From Chiloscyllium plagiosum (lineage: Eukaryota), in the NCBI RefSeq assembly GCF_004010195.1, contig NC_057719.1, positions 59,754,408 through 59,818,407 on the forward strand: DNA of 64,000 nt, given 5' to 3'. The position numbers and the translations under genes are program-made. Below the pieces are notes generated by a model. The model was not told where the DNA came from. It did no database searches and saw only the letters and a list, made by a program, of their open reading frames with translations. This document shows positions 63,418 through 64,000 of the stretch, piece after piece (position 1 is the stretch's first letter; each line of letters starts with the position of its first letter).

Positions 63418-64000
63418 AACATAAATTTCCAGCTCGGCAAACAGAACAACAGATATTTGAAATATTATTTCAAATAGATGGTAAAATCTATTCTCTGAAT
63501 TATTTTGCTTTACTCACTAAATCACAATGGTTGTTACTGCCTTCAGTAATTACAAATTCTACAAACGTGCACCTGCAAAATCCAAGGGGATAGGTGTTTA
63601 TGGCTGGAACCTATCCAATTCATTCCAACTAGAAATTGTGTTTGCTGTTCCTGATTTTGCCATTTGCCATGTTTGCTAGGAATGCATTGCCTACCATGGT
63701 GAAATTTTACTGTACGCACAAATCTCCCTATTTGTTGTGGATTCTGTCAATCTCTCCTCCAGTACACATCTTCACTTATTAAACTGGTCCTGCCCCCAAG
63801 TTGCAAACCTCAAATGCGTGGTTCCTGCTATTGTGTTTGCTCAGAACCTGTCTTCAAATTACAGCCAGATTTTCAGGCTCAGCAGGAAACAAAATGATTT
63901 ATCTTCATGTTTTGAGCATTTCAAATAAAAAGCTACCTTACTGAGATCTACGAAGTATTTTCTTTTTTTCCTTAATGCATTTTAATGGTATAAATATAAA

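Larger units (their letters stand above)
62828..63453. mobile_element. Poseidon-type PLE insertion with inverted terminal repeats and an internally inverted GIY-YIG segment
   Basis: The minus strand gives SKTNVVYKIPCKDCTKHYIEQTG...HEH...HEF and the plus strand continues DWDNTTIIGQAKQRTAREFLEAWHS. 62860-62953 is the reverse complement of ~63360-63450. TATTTGAAAT flanks both ends. Confidence 0.9.

Noticed and set aside
1..64000. CRISPR arrays, rRNA genes, prokaryotic operons
   Set aside because: None seen; the sequence is eukaryotic and repeat-rich.

Overview
AT-rich, repeat-dense vertebrate DNA with no recognisable intact host protein-coding gene; it reads as intronic or intergenic. The repeat set points to a cartilaginous fish, probably a shark (inference from remembered repeat families, not a database search): HE1/V-SINE-type SINEs, CR1/HER1-type LINEs, L2, Rex1/Babar and a Deu-domain SINE. 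Main contents: (1) a near full-length decayed CR1 with a zinc-finger/SGNH-esterase ORF1 and an APE-RT ORF2 (~45.8-49.8 kb). (2) Many Penelope-like elements (PLEs) of Neptune and Poseidon type whose terminal repeats (pLTRs) carry minimal hammerhead ribozyme (HHR) motifs, four with intact cores. (3) PLE derivatives: ~127-bp solo HHR units with target-site duplications (TSDs), fold-back pairs, a nested copy and an internally inverted copy. (4) Three local duplications of decayed LINE DNA. (5) A possible LTR/env-like remnant. (6) A few unverified exon candidates. Repeat boundaries were read by eye and are approximate unless a TSD is quoted.
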